Assembly: GCA_963847445.1 (NCBI GenBank)
Contig: CAWJZV010000018.1
Span: 64,001-128,000 of the forward strand
Length of the DNA stretch: 64,000 bases
Source: an uncultured delta proteobacterium
GTDB taxonomy: Bacteria > Desulfobacterota > Binatia > UBA9968
Reading direction: 5' to 3'
Shown here: positions 32,328 through 43,418 of the stretch, piece after piece
How the letters are laid out: each line of letters begins with the position of its first letter
Position numbering within the stretch: position 1 is the stretch's first letter
Position numbers and translations under genes: made by a program
The notes under the pieces: model-generated
The model's database searches: none
The model's input: the letters and a program-made list of their open reading frames with translations, nothing else
What the model was told of the DNA's origin: nothing

Positions 32328-34691
32328 TCACTTGACCTCGACCGTCACCTTGACGATCTTGCCGGTGAAGGCGTTGTCGCCCTGCTTGTAGTCGGGGGAC
32401 ACGTTGGTCTCGCCGTCCAGACCCACGTCGGCGCCTTCATCCGCCGAGAACGCGAACGGCTGGGTCTTGGGAATATGCGCCTTCGGCGACCTTCGTGCCA
32501 TTGACGCTCAGGATCGACTTGCCGCCCGTGCCCGGCTTGGCCTGCATCGGGAATGAACTCGTAGACGATCGTGTGCTTGCCGGGCGCGAGAGCCGTGGTA
32601 CCCGCGATGTTGGTGCGCTCCAGAGCGAACCAGTTGTACTCGTGGTGCACCTTGCCGTCCTTCATGTACAGCACCCACCCACCGAAGTAGCCGGCCTGGG
32701 CGATGATCACGCCTTGCGTCGTTGGCGTCCTTCACCTCCACCTCGGCCGTGACGGTGTGTGCTACGCCCTTCACGTTGATGAAGGCGTTCTCCATCATGC
32801 CCGTCATGCCGGGATAGACTGTCAGCGTCTTGCGCCCGCCCATCAGGTCGGGACGTCCGGCGATCGCCGGGTTGAAGCGCTCGGAGCGTCGATCGTCGAT
32901 CGGCAGCACGTTGTTGCGGATCGCCTCCTTCATGAAGACCGCCTGCAACTCCTTCAGCTTCTCCGGATGCTTCTTGGCCAGGTCGTTCGCCTGGCTGAAG
33001 TCCTCGATCGACGTTGTAGAGCTCCCACACGTCGTCCGTCAGCGCGGGTATTTTCGCGCTCATATCCCACGGGATCGAATGCCGGGTGCAGGCCATCCAG
33101 CCGTCATGGTAGATGCCGCGATTGCCGAACATTTCGAAGTACTGCGTCTTCCGGCGATCCGGCGGCCTTGGCATTGTCGGCTGAATAGAGCATCGACACG
33201 CCGTCCATCGGCCGCTGCTTGATGCCGTTCACCACTTTGGGCTGCGGCAGTTTCGCGGCTTCCAGCGCGGTGGGAGCCACGTCGATCACGATGGTGGAAC
33301 TGGCTGCGGACTTCGCCCTTGGCCTTGATGCCCTTGGGCCAATGAAGAACCATGCCGTTGCGCGTGCCGCCGAAGTGGCTGGCGACCTGCTTGGTCCACT
33401 GGAACGGCGTGTTGCCGGCCCAGGCCCAGCCGATGGCGAAGTGCGGGAACGTGGTGGGGTCGCCCCAGGTGTCGATGTGCGCCATCATCTGATCGGCTTT
33501 GCCGATGATGCCGTTCAGCGCCATCATTTCGTTGTAGGTGCCTTCCGGACCGCCTTCGGCGCTCGCGCCGTTGTCGCCCACGATGTAGTAGAAGATCGTG
33601 TTGTCCAGCGCGCCGATCGCCTCCAGTTGCGCCACCAGCCGGCCGACTTCATGGTCGGTGTGCTCGGCGAAGCCGGCGAAGGTTTCCATCTGGCGCTCGA
33701 ACAGCCGCTTCTGATCGGCGTTCATGTCGTCCCAGGCGGGAATTTCCTTCGGCCGAGGCGTGAGCTTGGCGTTCGGCCGGGATCACGCCCAGCTTCTTCT
33801 GGCGGGCGAAGGTTTCCTCGCGCAGCTTGTCCCAGCCGCCGCTGAACTCTCCCTTGTACTTTGCGATCCACTCCTTGGGCGCATGGTGCGGAGCGTGCGT
33901 CGCACCGGTGGCGAAGTACATGTAGAACGGCTTGTCCGGCGTCAGGGCCTGCTGGGCGCTGACCCAGTTGATCGCCTGGTTCGGTCATGTCGACGGTGAA
34001 GTGATAGTCCGGGCGTTTGCTTGTGCTCGACGCGCGTCACGCCGTCATAGATCGCCGGAGCCCATTGGTTGGTTTCGCCGCCGATGAAGCCGTAGAACTT
34101 GTCGAAGCCGGATCCCGTGGGCCAGCGGTCGTAGGGACCGGAGACCGAGACTTCCCATGGCGGGGTTTCGTGATACTTGCCGAAGGCGGCGGTGCTGTAG
34201 CCGTTCTGGCGCAGGATTTCCGCCAGGGGCGTGATCGTCTTGGGCGCACGCCGGTGTTGCCGGGAAAAGCGGTGGCGAGCTCCATGATCGCGCCGGCGTT
34301 GTTGGCGTGATGATTGTGGCCGGTCAGCAGGGCCGTGCGCGGTCGGGCTGCACAGCGCGGTGGTGTGGAAGCGGTTGTACTTGAGGCCGCTGGCCGCCAG
34401 CTTTTCCAGCGTCGGCATGCTGATCGGACCGCCGAAGGCGCTGCTGTGGCCGAAGCCGATGTCGTCGATCAGCACGATCACGACGTTGGGCGCGCCCTCC
34501 GGCGCCTTCACCTCGAAACGCGGCGGCGCCTTGGCCTTGCGCGCGTCCAGCTCGGTAATGGTCGGGTATGCCGGCTCGGCAATCGGCAATACCCTGCGGT
34601 CGGGCTCGCCCTTCGCCTGCCCCGCAGCGTCACCGGCAAGAAACGCAGCTATGACCAACGATAAAAGGTACTGAAGCATCTTGTGATTCAA
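32328..34691 (-). CDS. Arylsulfatase (large, Cys-type, secreted; multiple frameshifts)
   Basis: [51 protein letters not shown]-terminus [13 protein letters not shown]. Confidence 0.9.
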
Positions 34692-34774
34692 TGGTTCTCT
34701 CCCTTGGAAATTCTTTGGGACTTCTTCGACATTAATCTAACATGAGCACTTAGCATCGATGCGTCCTGCCGCCT

Positions 34775-34791
34775 ATTGGACTTTGGTCCAA
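34775..34791. promoter_or_regulatory. Palindromic operator, copy 2 (about 85 bp upstream of the arylsulfatase start)
   Basis: ATTGGAC-TTTG-GTCCAA. Confidence 0.7.
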
Positions 34792-34861
34792 CATGGCGAC
34801 CTGGGTTGCGGTGCAGCGAAAATCGGTTGCCAAGTCAGGATCTCTTTGCTCCCGCCCGGTT

Positions 34862-35362
34862 TCATTTCAGGCGCGCGAAGGCTACCGGAAAGCGCTGGCC
34901 TTCGACGGCCTGGTAATAGATTCCTTTGAGCTGATCTCTCTCTGCGTCATAGGTCAGGGAGTAAGTCGAGCCTGGATAGTTTACGTCGCGCAGCTCGATG
35001 AAAACTTTTGTCGCATCGCCGTCCCGCGACACTTCGGCTTTGCCGACATGAATCGATTTCGGATTGAAATACGCGGCATCCATCGAACCGTTGGCAGCGA
35101 TGGATTTGATTTCTAGTACATATCCGCCGTCCTGTCGCTTCCAGCGTCCCGTGAACTTTTGAAGTTCAGAGGTCCGCTCCGAGGTGATCGGATTCGCGGC
35201 GAGAAAGATATCCGCCGGTTTGACTTCCCACCACCAAAACCCCAGCGCGATTACCACCGCAGTTGCCAGAAAACCCACCGCCAAGCGAAGCTTTTTTCGT
35301 TTGGCGGTTTGCGATGGGATCGGCTGCTTGGCTCGCCGAGTCTTCTTGGATCGTTTGCTCAT
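34862..35362 (-). CDS. Membrane-anchored hypothetical protein
   Basis: Basic N-terminus, single TM, then GRWKRQDGGYVLEI...AAYFNP...YPGSTYSLTY...YYQA. Confidence 0.75.
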   Translation of the reverse strand: MSKRSKKTRRAKQPIPSQTAKRKKLRLAVGFLATAVVIALGFWWWEVKPADIFLAANPITSERTSELQKFTGRWKRQDGGYVLEIKSIAANGSMDAAYFNPKSIHVGKAEVSRDGDATKVFIELRDVNYPGSTYSLTYDAERDQLKGIYYQAVEGQRFPVAFARLK

Positions 35363-35441
35363 GCGCTATTCGGTGGCTCGACGAGCAATGCAATGTCTGA
35401 CATTCGAAACTTTCGTCTCCCATTGCTCACCTGGTCACTCC

Positions 35442-37908
35442 CTACTTGTCCGCCAGCTTGCGCAGCCGCTCCGCGTACTTCTCCGCCTCCGCGGTCTGGC
35501 CGCGTTCACTATGAATGGCTGCCAGCGCCTGAAGAACATCGAGATCGTTGGGATGAGCCGCCAAAGTCTTTTCGAGCCTGCTGATCGCGGCGTCGGCTTT
35601 GCCGCATAGAGTGCAGCGCGACGGCGTAGACATACGCAAAACGCGCATTCGCCGGCTCAAGGATCGTCGCGCGCTCGAGCTCGCCCAGCGCCGCGTCGGC
35701 GCGTTTCAGCCGCACCAACGCCAGCCCGAGCGCGTGATGCAGCATCGCGCTCTTTGGCGCGAGCTTGAGTCCGTCGCGCAGGATGCGCTCGCCTTCCGCG
35801 TCGCGCCCGCGCGCGCGGTACAGGTCAGCCAAGATTCACGTACGCGGGAATGAAGTGCGGATCGAGCCGGATCGCTGCTTTGATTTCTTCTTCCGCCTTC
35901 GCCGCATCGCCGCGATTCGCATAGAAGGTTCCGAGATTGACGCGCGCGTCGGCCCGGTCGGCATTGTAGCGTTGGCTGGCGATATATTCCGCGCTCGCGC
36001 GCTCGAATGACGGCGCGCTGCTCCGCAGTTCAGTTGCTCCGCCGGCACGGGCGCGAGCAGGCTCGCCGCTTCGATGCGCACCGCTTTCAGCGGATCGGCG
36101 AGGAGCGGCGCGGCCAACTGAACGCGCGCATCCGGCGAGCGCGCCGGCCAGCGACTGAAGAGCGGCGAGCCGGACCAGCGGACTGCGGATCGCGCGCGCC
36201 CGCGGCAATCGTGTCGAGTGAGGTTTTACCGTAGCGCAGCATTGAGTTGCGCAAACGCCGTGGCGCGCGCGATGGCCGGATGGCTGGCGTCGGCGGCGAT
36301 CGCGCGCAGTTGCGCCTGCGCATCGAGCGCGCCGCCGTTGGCAGCGGCAAACGCCGCGGCGAAGCGTTGATAGCCCTGCGGCTCGCGGCCGTACCATTGC
36401 TTCACCTGCGCCGCCGCCCAGCGCGCGTCGCGATTGGTGTGACAGCCGTTGCAGGCGTTCGGCGTGGCCGAATTTTACGGACAGATCCGGCCGCGGCACG
36501 CGCAGGCTGTGATCGTGGCGCGGATCGACGACCATGTAGGTCGTCGTCGGCATGTGACAGGCGACGCACGCGGCGCCGGCGCTGCCGGGCTTGTGATGAT
36601 GGTGCGCCGCCGCGTCGTACTTGCTTGGCAGGTGGCAGGCGGCGCACAGGGCGTTGCCCTCGGCGCGCAGCTTGCCGCTGTGCGGATCATGGCAGTCGCT
36701 GCACGTGACGCCGCTCGCGTACATCTTGCTCTGCAGGAACGAACCCCAGTTGTAGACCTCGTCGCGCTGTTGGCCGTCGGCATGGTACAGCGGGCTGGTC
36801 GAGCAGCGCCGGGCGATAGTAGTCGAGAAACGGCTTGCCGGCTTCGTAGCCCTCGGCGATCTGGCCGCGCCGCGCATGGCATTGCGCGCACACCTCGATC
36901 TCACGCTCGCTGGCGCGCGGCTGCGAGCGCGCCGCGTTGCCGGTCGTTGCGATTGACATCCACGCGACTGCCGCGCCGTTCATCGAGGCGCGCGCTCAGA
37001 CCCTTCGATCGATTCGTCCCCCTTTGAAAAAGGGGGACTGAGGGGGATTTCCGTCGGACTTAAATCCCCCCTTGCCCCCCTTTTTCAAAGGGGGGATTGC
37101 GCTCGGCCCACTTCAAGATGCAGCGAGCCGGGGCCATGGCAGGCTTCGCAACCGACGTTGATCTCAGCCCACTGCGTCTGGAATCGGTTGGCGGCGGATC
37201 GTAATTTTTTCGCAATTCGGTTGAGTGACAGTCGGCGCACATGAAGTTCCAGTTTTGCGCCGGACCGCGTCCAGTGCAGCTCGTCGTCGTGAGTGATCCG
37301 CTCGTTGGGATAGAGGTGAAACCAGCGCTGGCCGCCTGCCTGCTTCGGGCGCGCGTCCCAGGCGATTGACAGCGCCTGAAGCCGGCCATCGGGAAACTCG
37401 ATCAGGTATTGCTGCAGCGGCGTAGACACCGAAGGTGTACTTGATTTCATAGTCTGTCAGTTTGCCGTCGGGACCGTCGGTGTTGACGAAAAATTTTCCG
37501 TCGCGCTTGAAGAAGGTGGAAGCGATTCCGGCGTAGGAAAATTTCGCGTTGGCGAAGTTTCCGAGCACGCTCTTGTCGCTCGCTTCCTGCATCGCGAGAT
37601 CGTGGTGCGACCCGCGCCACGCGTTGTAAGGCGCTTCATGGCAGCCTTTGCAGGTCGCGAGGCCCACGTACGTTGCGGCCATGACCTGTCTCCGCCGGGC
37701 GCGCTGTCGTGTCTGCAGTTTTAGGCTGAGGATTGTGAAAAGCTAGATAAATAATGAGTCCAACCGCGATCACACTTGCGACACCAAGCAAGATGATTGG
37801 TATTTTCGAAACGCTCGGTTTGTCCGACGTACTCTCTTGTGCTGCCTCCGTTTTATCCTTGTTGGAAGATTTTGCCGCGGAGCGGTTGTTCTTTCGTCTG
37901 CGAGCCAT
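35442..37908 (-). CDS. Multiheme c-type cytochrome fused to HEAT/TPR repeats (heavily frameshifted)
   Basis: N-terminal TM. Eight CxxCH motifs across joined frames (CKGCH, CADCH, CEACH, CAQCH, CSDCH, CAACH, CVACH, CNGCH). C-terminal TPRs (AYVNLADLYR, HALGLALVR, YVYAVAL). Confidence 0.85.
37017..37098. repeat. CCCTTT-N-AAAGGG palindromic repeat inside the cytochrome CDS
   Basis: TCCCCCTTTGAAAAAGGGGGACTGAGGGGGATTT...AAATCCCCCCTTGCCCCCCTTTTTCAAAGGGGGGA, between heme motifs 3 and 4. Confidence 0.75.
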
Positions 37909-37923
37909 AATATCGAGTGTTTT

Positions 37924-38260
37924 TCATTTCCCGAACACAAAGACCTGCCTCCAATCCTTCTTCATGTCCACAACTGTCCATCCTTTCGCCCGTGCCTCAT
38001 CGAGCCCCTTGTCGAGCCGGCCGATCGATGAAGCCCAGTCGTATCGCCCACTCGCGTTCGGCATCGGTGTGGTGGACGTAAACACAAAAGCGCGGGCCCG
38101 ACGCCTCGCAAGTCCACTGCAGCATCTGCAGGTCGCCGTCGGAGTTGCCAAAGGCGGCAATCGGGCGGCGGCCGATGAATTTGTTGATCGCCACCGGTTT
38201 GCCTTCCTTGTCGTCGATGAAATCGATTTCCGCCAGACGTAGGATCACAGGCTTGCCATC
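37924..38260 (-). pseudogene. C-terminal remnant of a HAD-superfamily hydrolase
   Basis: GKPVILRLAEIDFIDDKEGKPVAINKFIGRRPIAAFGNSDGDLQMLQW...GWTVVDMKKDW. No room for the N-terminal DxDGT part before the upstream sulfatase stop at 38316. Confidence 0.75.
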
Positions 38261-38315
38261 TGTCGCCAGACCGAGCGGCCCGTTTGCTCGCATCATCAAG
38301 CGCTGGTGCGCGACG

Positions 38316-39870
38316 TTACCTGCCGCTGCCTTGCTGGCTGGTCACCGCTTCCATCACGTGGTCGAGGTTGAAGCTGCCGGGCTTCTGGCGCGGCGGGAAC
38401 TCGCGGAAGCTCTGCAGCCACTGCCCGACGTAAGCCGGCCGCCGGAGCGATCATGAACATGTGCTCGACGAACCAGCGCTCGTAGTCCATGCCGATCTCG
38501 TGGGCGAGTTCGAACGGGTCCATGCGCAGATTGGTCAGCATCGGTGCGCGCAGCGCGACGAACGGCTCCTGCCAGACGTGCAGGCCGTGGGCGTCCTGCC
38601 GCAGGAACGTGGCCTTCCAGTTGCCGTAGCGCAGCGCCGCGACGCTGCCGTCGTCGGTCCAGTAGATGAACTCCTTGCGCGGCCACTCGCCTTCGCCCTT
38701 GAGCGCGGGCATGAGGTTGTAGCCGTCGAGGTGGACCTTGTAGGTCATGTCGCCGACTGTCCGGCCCTTCAGCAGGTCTTCCTTGACGGTGGTGTCGCCC
38801 GCGGCGGCCAGCAGGGTCGGCAGCATGTCCTCGTGCGCGCCGACGTCGTTGATGACCGTGCCGGGCTTGATGACGCCGGGCCAGCGGATCACCGTCGGGA
38901 CCCGGTAGCCGCCTTCCCACTGCGTGTTCTTCTCGCCGCGGAACATCGTCGTGCCGCCGTCGGGCCAGGAGAACGATTCCGAGCCGTTGTCGGTGGAGTA
39001 CATCACGATGGTGTTGTCTTCGAGGCCCAGTTCCTTGAGCTTGGCCAGCAACTGGCCGACATGGCCGTCATGCTCGACCATGCCGTCGGCATAGATGCCG
39101 AGGCCGGTCTTGCCCTCGGACTCCGGTCTTCAGGTGCGTGAAGATGTGCATGCGGGTGGAGTTCCACCAGACGAAGAACGGCTTGTCCGCCTTCTTGGCG
39201 CGCTCCATGAAGTCGAGCGCCTTGGCGGTGACTTCTTCGTCGATCGTCTCCATGCGCTTCTTCGTCAGCGGGCCGGTGTCCGTGATGCGGCCGTCGGCGA
39301 AGCTGTGGATGACGCCGCGCGGGCCGAACCGCTTCTTGAACGCCGGGTCCTTCGGATAGTCGGGATGCTCCGGCTCCTCTTCCGCATTCAGGTGGTAGAG
39401 GTTGCCGAAGAACTCGTCGAAGCCGTGGTCGGTCGGCAGCATCTCGTCGCGGTCGCCGAGGTGGTTCTTGCCGAACTGGCCGGTCATGTAGCCCTGCGCC
39501 TTGAGCAGGGTGGCGATGGTCGGGTCTTCCTTCTTCATGCCCTCGGGCGCGCCCGGCAGGCCGACCTTGGTCAGGCCGGTGCGGATGGGCGACTGCCCGG
39601 TGATGAACGCCGCGCGGCCGGCGGTGCAGCTCTGCTGGCCGTACCAGTCGGTGAAGAGCGCGCCTTCCTTGCGCGATGCTGTCGATGTTGGGCGTCTTGT
39701 AGCCCATCATGCCCATGTTGTAGGCGCTGACATTGAACTGGCCGATGTCGTCGCCCCAGATGATGAGGATGTTGGGCTTCTTCTGTCGCCGCAGCCGGCC
39801 CTGCTAATAGGGCCAGCGCCGTAAGCAGCGCGCTGCCCAACAATGAAAACTTTTTGCGACACTTCGACAT
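38316..39870 (-). CDS. Arylsulfatase (Cys-type, secreted; frameshifted)
   Basis: [76 protein letters not shown]. Confidence 0.9.
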
Positions 39871-40100
39871 ATTTTTGTTCCCCTTGTTAAGTGAATTGTT
39901 TTCGAGACTCCTCGACATGTTTTACGCCTTGCTATTTTGTTGCTCCTTGCATAAAGCCGCCGGGGTCCGTGGGTCCGGAAAGTTTTCTCACCAGGCCCAA
40001 AGCTATACGCATGACTTTTTTCGCAGTCGAGTCAAGTCGCGCGCATCGCCCAGCCTAGCGTGAATAAACCGCTACCGGCGATCCACTTATCTCAAGTATT

Positions 40101-40964
40101 TTATTCCGGCAGGCCGTTGAGCAGATACATGGACAGAATCGCCGCACTGGGTTTGCCGAAGGCGCCAAACCAGCGTTCATAGATGGACCCGATGTTGCCC
40201 GAGCGGTAGATCTCAGCCAATGCCCGGTTTACCGCCAGCCTAAACGCCGCGTCGTTGCGCCGCACCATGAAGCCGTAGGGCTCGTACGAGAAAATGATGC
40301 TCGGCAGTGCAAAGCGCGACGGATCTTTCGAGGTCACCGCTAGTCCGATTAAGATACCGCGATCCGAGGCGAATGCATCGGCCGAACCCTTTTCGATCGC
40401 CGCGACCCCTTCCACGTGATTTTTGACGGGAATTGTTTTGACGGCAACGAATTCCTCCTTAAGATATTTTTCCAACGCGGTCTGCGTCGTGGTGCCCGGA
40501 ATGACGGCGATCCGTTTATCGGCCAGATCGGCTACCGCGCCAAGTTTCAAGTCGGACTTGGTCAGCAGGCCGCCGCCATCGACAAAGGTCATCAAACTAA
40601 AATCAACCCGTTCCTGTCGCGAAAGGCTGGCGGTGGTCGTGCCGCACTCGATATCCACCTTGCCCGATGCCACCATGTCAAGGCGATTCGCGGTCGTGAC
40701 TGGAACCCAATTGAGTTTCAGACTGACCCCGAGTTGCTTTTGGATGGCACTCGCTATCTGCGTGCAAAGATCGATGGAATAACCCACTGGCCGCCGATCC
40801 GGTCCCGGAAAGGAAAATGGCGGCGCCGACTCAAGGTAACCAAGCGTCAGGGTGCTCGACTCCTTGACCTTCTTGAGAGTCCCGTCCAATTCCTGACCGG
40901 AAGCAGCTTGGCTCATGATCGATACAGCTAACAACGCACCAAACAGTACTTTACGATTCGTCAT
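40101..40964 (-). CDS. Amino-acid ABC transporter substrate-binding protein (GltI-like, SBP family 3)
   Basis: GTLKKVKES, PPFSF, GYSIDLC, VDIECGTTT, RQERVDFS, AFASD, EPYGFMVRR. Confidence 0.9.
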   Translation of the reverse strand: MTNRKVLFGALLAVSIMSQAASGQELDGTLKKVKESSTLTLGYLESAPPFSFPGPDRRPVGYSIDLCTQIASAIQKQLGVSLKLNWVPVTTANRLDMVASGKVDIECGTTTASLSRQERVDFSLMTFVDGGGLLTKSDLKLGAVADLADKRIAVIPGTTTQTALEKYLKEEFVAVKTIPVKNHVEGVAAIEKGSADAFASDRGILIGLAVTSKDPSRFALPSIIFSYEPYGFMVRRNDAAFRLAVNRALAEIYRSGNIGSIYERWFGAFGKPSAAILSMYLLNGLPE

Positions 40965-41370
40965 GTTCTTCTCCCCTGTTGCCAATTTATTTCAAACCTA
41001 ACTTTTTTGATTTATATGTAGCAAATTTTTGCCGGTTACCCATACTCCAGCACTCATTCTTGGTTCGTTCACTTCATCCGGTACAGCAGGTTGCGAAGCA
41101 CCGACCATTGCGCTTGCTTGGGCCGCGCCGCGCGACCATCGCAGCGAGAAGGATGGCGTATTTGTGGCGAGGCTTCTGCGAAATCAATCTCTGTTCGCTC
41201 CATTTGCTCCTGTTGAATTGAATTTATCTTGACCCGAAACTCGCACCCTTAATTCACGGAGCCGACACGATATGCACGACTTGGTTTCCCTGACAACCAG
41301 CGCGATAGAATACCCCGACGACCTGAACTGAAGCGCGATCGACTGACCGCTATGTCACTGGCAATTTGGA

Positions 41371-43047
41371 CTACCGTAGTTTGAGACTGATGCCCGACGG
41401 ACCCGCCGTGAGCTGTGTCCCCGACTCTTGCGACGACAGCGAGATGACCACGCCTTTGGCGTTGGTCATGGTCAATTCGCCGCTGCCTCCGCCCACCGCG
41501 AAGGTCGCCTGAGTGGCGACAAAATTTCCTGAAAAGTCGGCGAGGTTATTCAAATTGTACACCCGACCCGTGCCCGTCACGGCCGAGGCGCCAAAATCGA
41601 GCAGGCTCAACTCGGATACCGAGAAAGGATAGTCTTTGCCCTGGTAGGTGAGCACGCCGTCGCCCCAGCTAACGCCGGCGCCTAGAGCGATCGATTTGCT
41701 CCTGAGTTGCACCGTCCCAGACGGCTTTCGCGGATCTTCCCGCGTATAGGAGACCGGCTTGTCGGTGGCGACGATGAGCGCTTCATTGCGCTCGTAAACC
41801 TGCCATTTGAGCCGCTGCATCTCGGCGCGCGCCCGCGGGCTCAGAGTGCCGGTTAGCCAAATTTGTTTGCCGCTAATTCCCTGCAACTGATTGGCCAGAT
41901 TGTCGGCATTAGTGACCACCCGGGCAACTTCCGCGGTCCACGTCACATAGTCCACCGGAAGATTGAAGACCAGGAAGCCCTTCTTGGTGCGAGCCGCAGG
42001 CACCGGCCCGACGGCGACAAATCTTTCGATGGGGCTGATCGCGCGATGGTAGCCGGCGTACATTTCCATCTGCCGCTGACGGAAAAACGCCACGTCATCT
42101 TTATCGGTGAGAGCGGCAAGTTGCACCAACCGGTCACGCTCCGCCACCCCTTTCATTTCATCGAGCGCCGACACCAGCAGGGTCTGCTCACGCGGACTGA
42201 ACGCGGCGTCGCTGATAAACATATCCGTGGTGTTCTCGTCGATGCCCATGGCCTTGAGCTTCGCCGCATTCGTGCGGCGTAGATCGGACGGCGGCGTGTT
42301 TTGAAAAACTTGCGTCGAGACTTTAGTCACACCGATGGCGGTCATAGCCACCCCGGCGCCGCCGGGAACTGCCGCCAAAGCCGCCGACACGGTAAGCCCG
42401 CCGGCGAATCCGGTCCAGGCGATCTCGTTAAGGCGATCTTGCAGGACTTGGTTGCGCGAGTAGACATCGACGCCGAGCTGATACGCGTAATCCCTTTTGT
42501 AATTGGAAAAACCGATCAGGTTTTTGAACCGGCTGTCCTCTGCGTCGCTTCGTTTGGCGCCGAAAAGACTATCGCCGGCGCGTTGAAACATGGTGCCGAC
42601 ACCGCTCGCCACTTCCTTGACGGTCTTGACCGGCTGCAAGACCATGTCTTTGGCCGCCACCAAGGTGCTCAGTCCCGAGGCTTTCAAGGAATCGGCGTAC
42701 TCTTTGGTGCCCTTGAGCTTGTCCATCCGATCCATCGCATCTATTTCGTTAATCCGCACGCGCAGCATCGCAGTCGAGACCGCCGTGAAACTGCCGAAAC
42801 GCGAGTCGATGGTGTAGATGTTGACGATGCCATCGCTCTTAACTTGTTCCTGAACTCGATGGTTGGGCCCTGCCAAGAGCTCGGGCGGTAATGTTCGCGA
42901 AGCGCTCAACACCGGCAACGCTTCGTAGCCCTGCTGGGCAAACGCGGGGACGATAACTCCCAATAGCGCTGCCACCACCAGCGCGCTAACACCGCCCCAA
43001 AGCGGTTTGCGTAACTGACGACTCGATTGTGTTCTCTTGATTTGCAT
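41371..43047 (-). CDS. Secreted protein: unknown helical domain fused to a C-terminal DUF1134/EipA-like beta domain
   Basis: Signal peptide. KRDYAYQLGVDVYSRN segment. C-terminal GAGVSWGDGVLTYQGKDYPFSV...VYNLNNLADFSG...GVVISL. Confidence 0.75.
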   Translation of the reverse strand: MQIKRTQSSRQLRKPLWGGVSALVVAALLGVIVPAFAQQGYEALPVLSASRTLPPELLAGPNHRVQEQVKSDGIVNIYTIDSRFGSFTAVSTAMLRVRINEIDAMDRMDKLKGTKEYADSLKASGLSTLVAAKDMVLQPVKTVKEVASGVGTMFQRAGDSLFGAKRSDAEDSRFKNLIGFSNYKRDYAYQLGVDVYSRNQVLQDRLNEIAWTGFAGGLTVSAALAAVPGGAGVAMTAIGVTKVSTQVFQNTPPSDLRRTNAAKLKAMGIDENTTDMFISDAAFSPREQTLLVSALDEMKGVAERDRLVQLAALTDKDDVAFFRQRQMEMYAGYHRAISPIERFVAVGPVPAARTKKGFLVFNLPVDYVTWTAEVARVVTNADNLANQLQGISGKQIWLTGTLSPRARAEMQRLKWQVYERNEALIVATDKPVSYTREDPRKPSGTVQLRSKSIALGAGVSWGDGVLTYQGKDYPFSVSELSLLDFGASAVTGTGRVYNLNNLADFSGNFVATQATFAVGGGSGELTMTNAKGVVISLSSQESGTQLTAGPSGISLKLR

Positions 43048-43189
43048 GAATGCTCCTTTTTCTGTGCCGATTTCGCTTGATCTATACCTAATGATTCTGC
43101 TGCTCTTGATCAGCTGGCGCGGACAATCTTGCGCCGCGCTTGTATCAAGAAATTAATTTTCATCCTATACGAGACTCGTCGCGCTTAGA

Positions 43190-43209
43190 TATTGGACTTT
43201 GGTCCAATA
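43190..43209. promoter_or_regulatory. Palindromic operator, copy 3
   Basis: TATTGGAC-TTTG-GTCCAATA with perfect 8-bp arms, about 145 bp upstream of the 41371-43047 gene. Confidence 0.7.
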
Positions 43210-43418
43210 GAGATTGAGGGCAAATAGGTGAGTCTGCCGAGACGTCAAGATCGTCAACAAACCTCTTCTCACAGGGGGCAACGGCGGAAACCGACTATTT
43301 ATGTTATCTCCGTTAGCTCCTGTAAAATATTCGCGAGGGTCGGGTGTCGAGGGGAAAATCACTCGACACTGCTTGCTCTCGCGTCCCGCGCTATTCGACA
43401 CTTCCCCCTCGGCACTTT

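Noticed and set aside
43165-43418. C-terminal extension of the OprB ORF
   Set aside because: Artefact of a frameshift; the beta-barrel terminus GLRMQMVF* ends at 43419 in another frame
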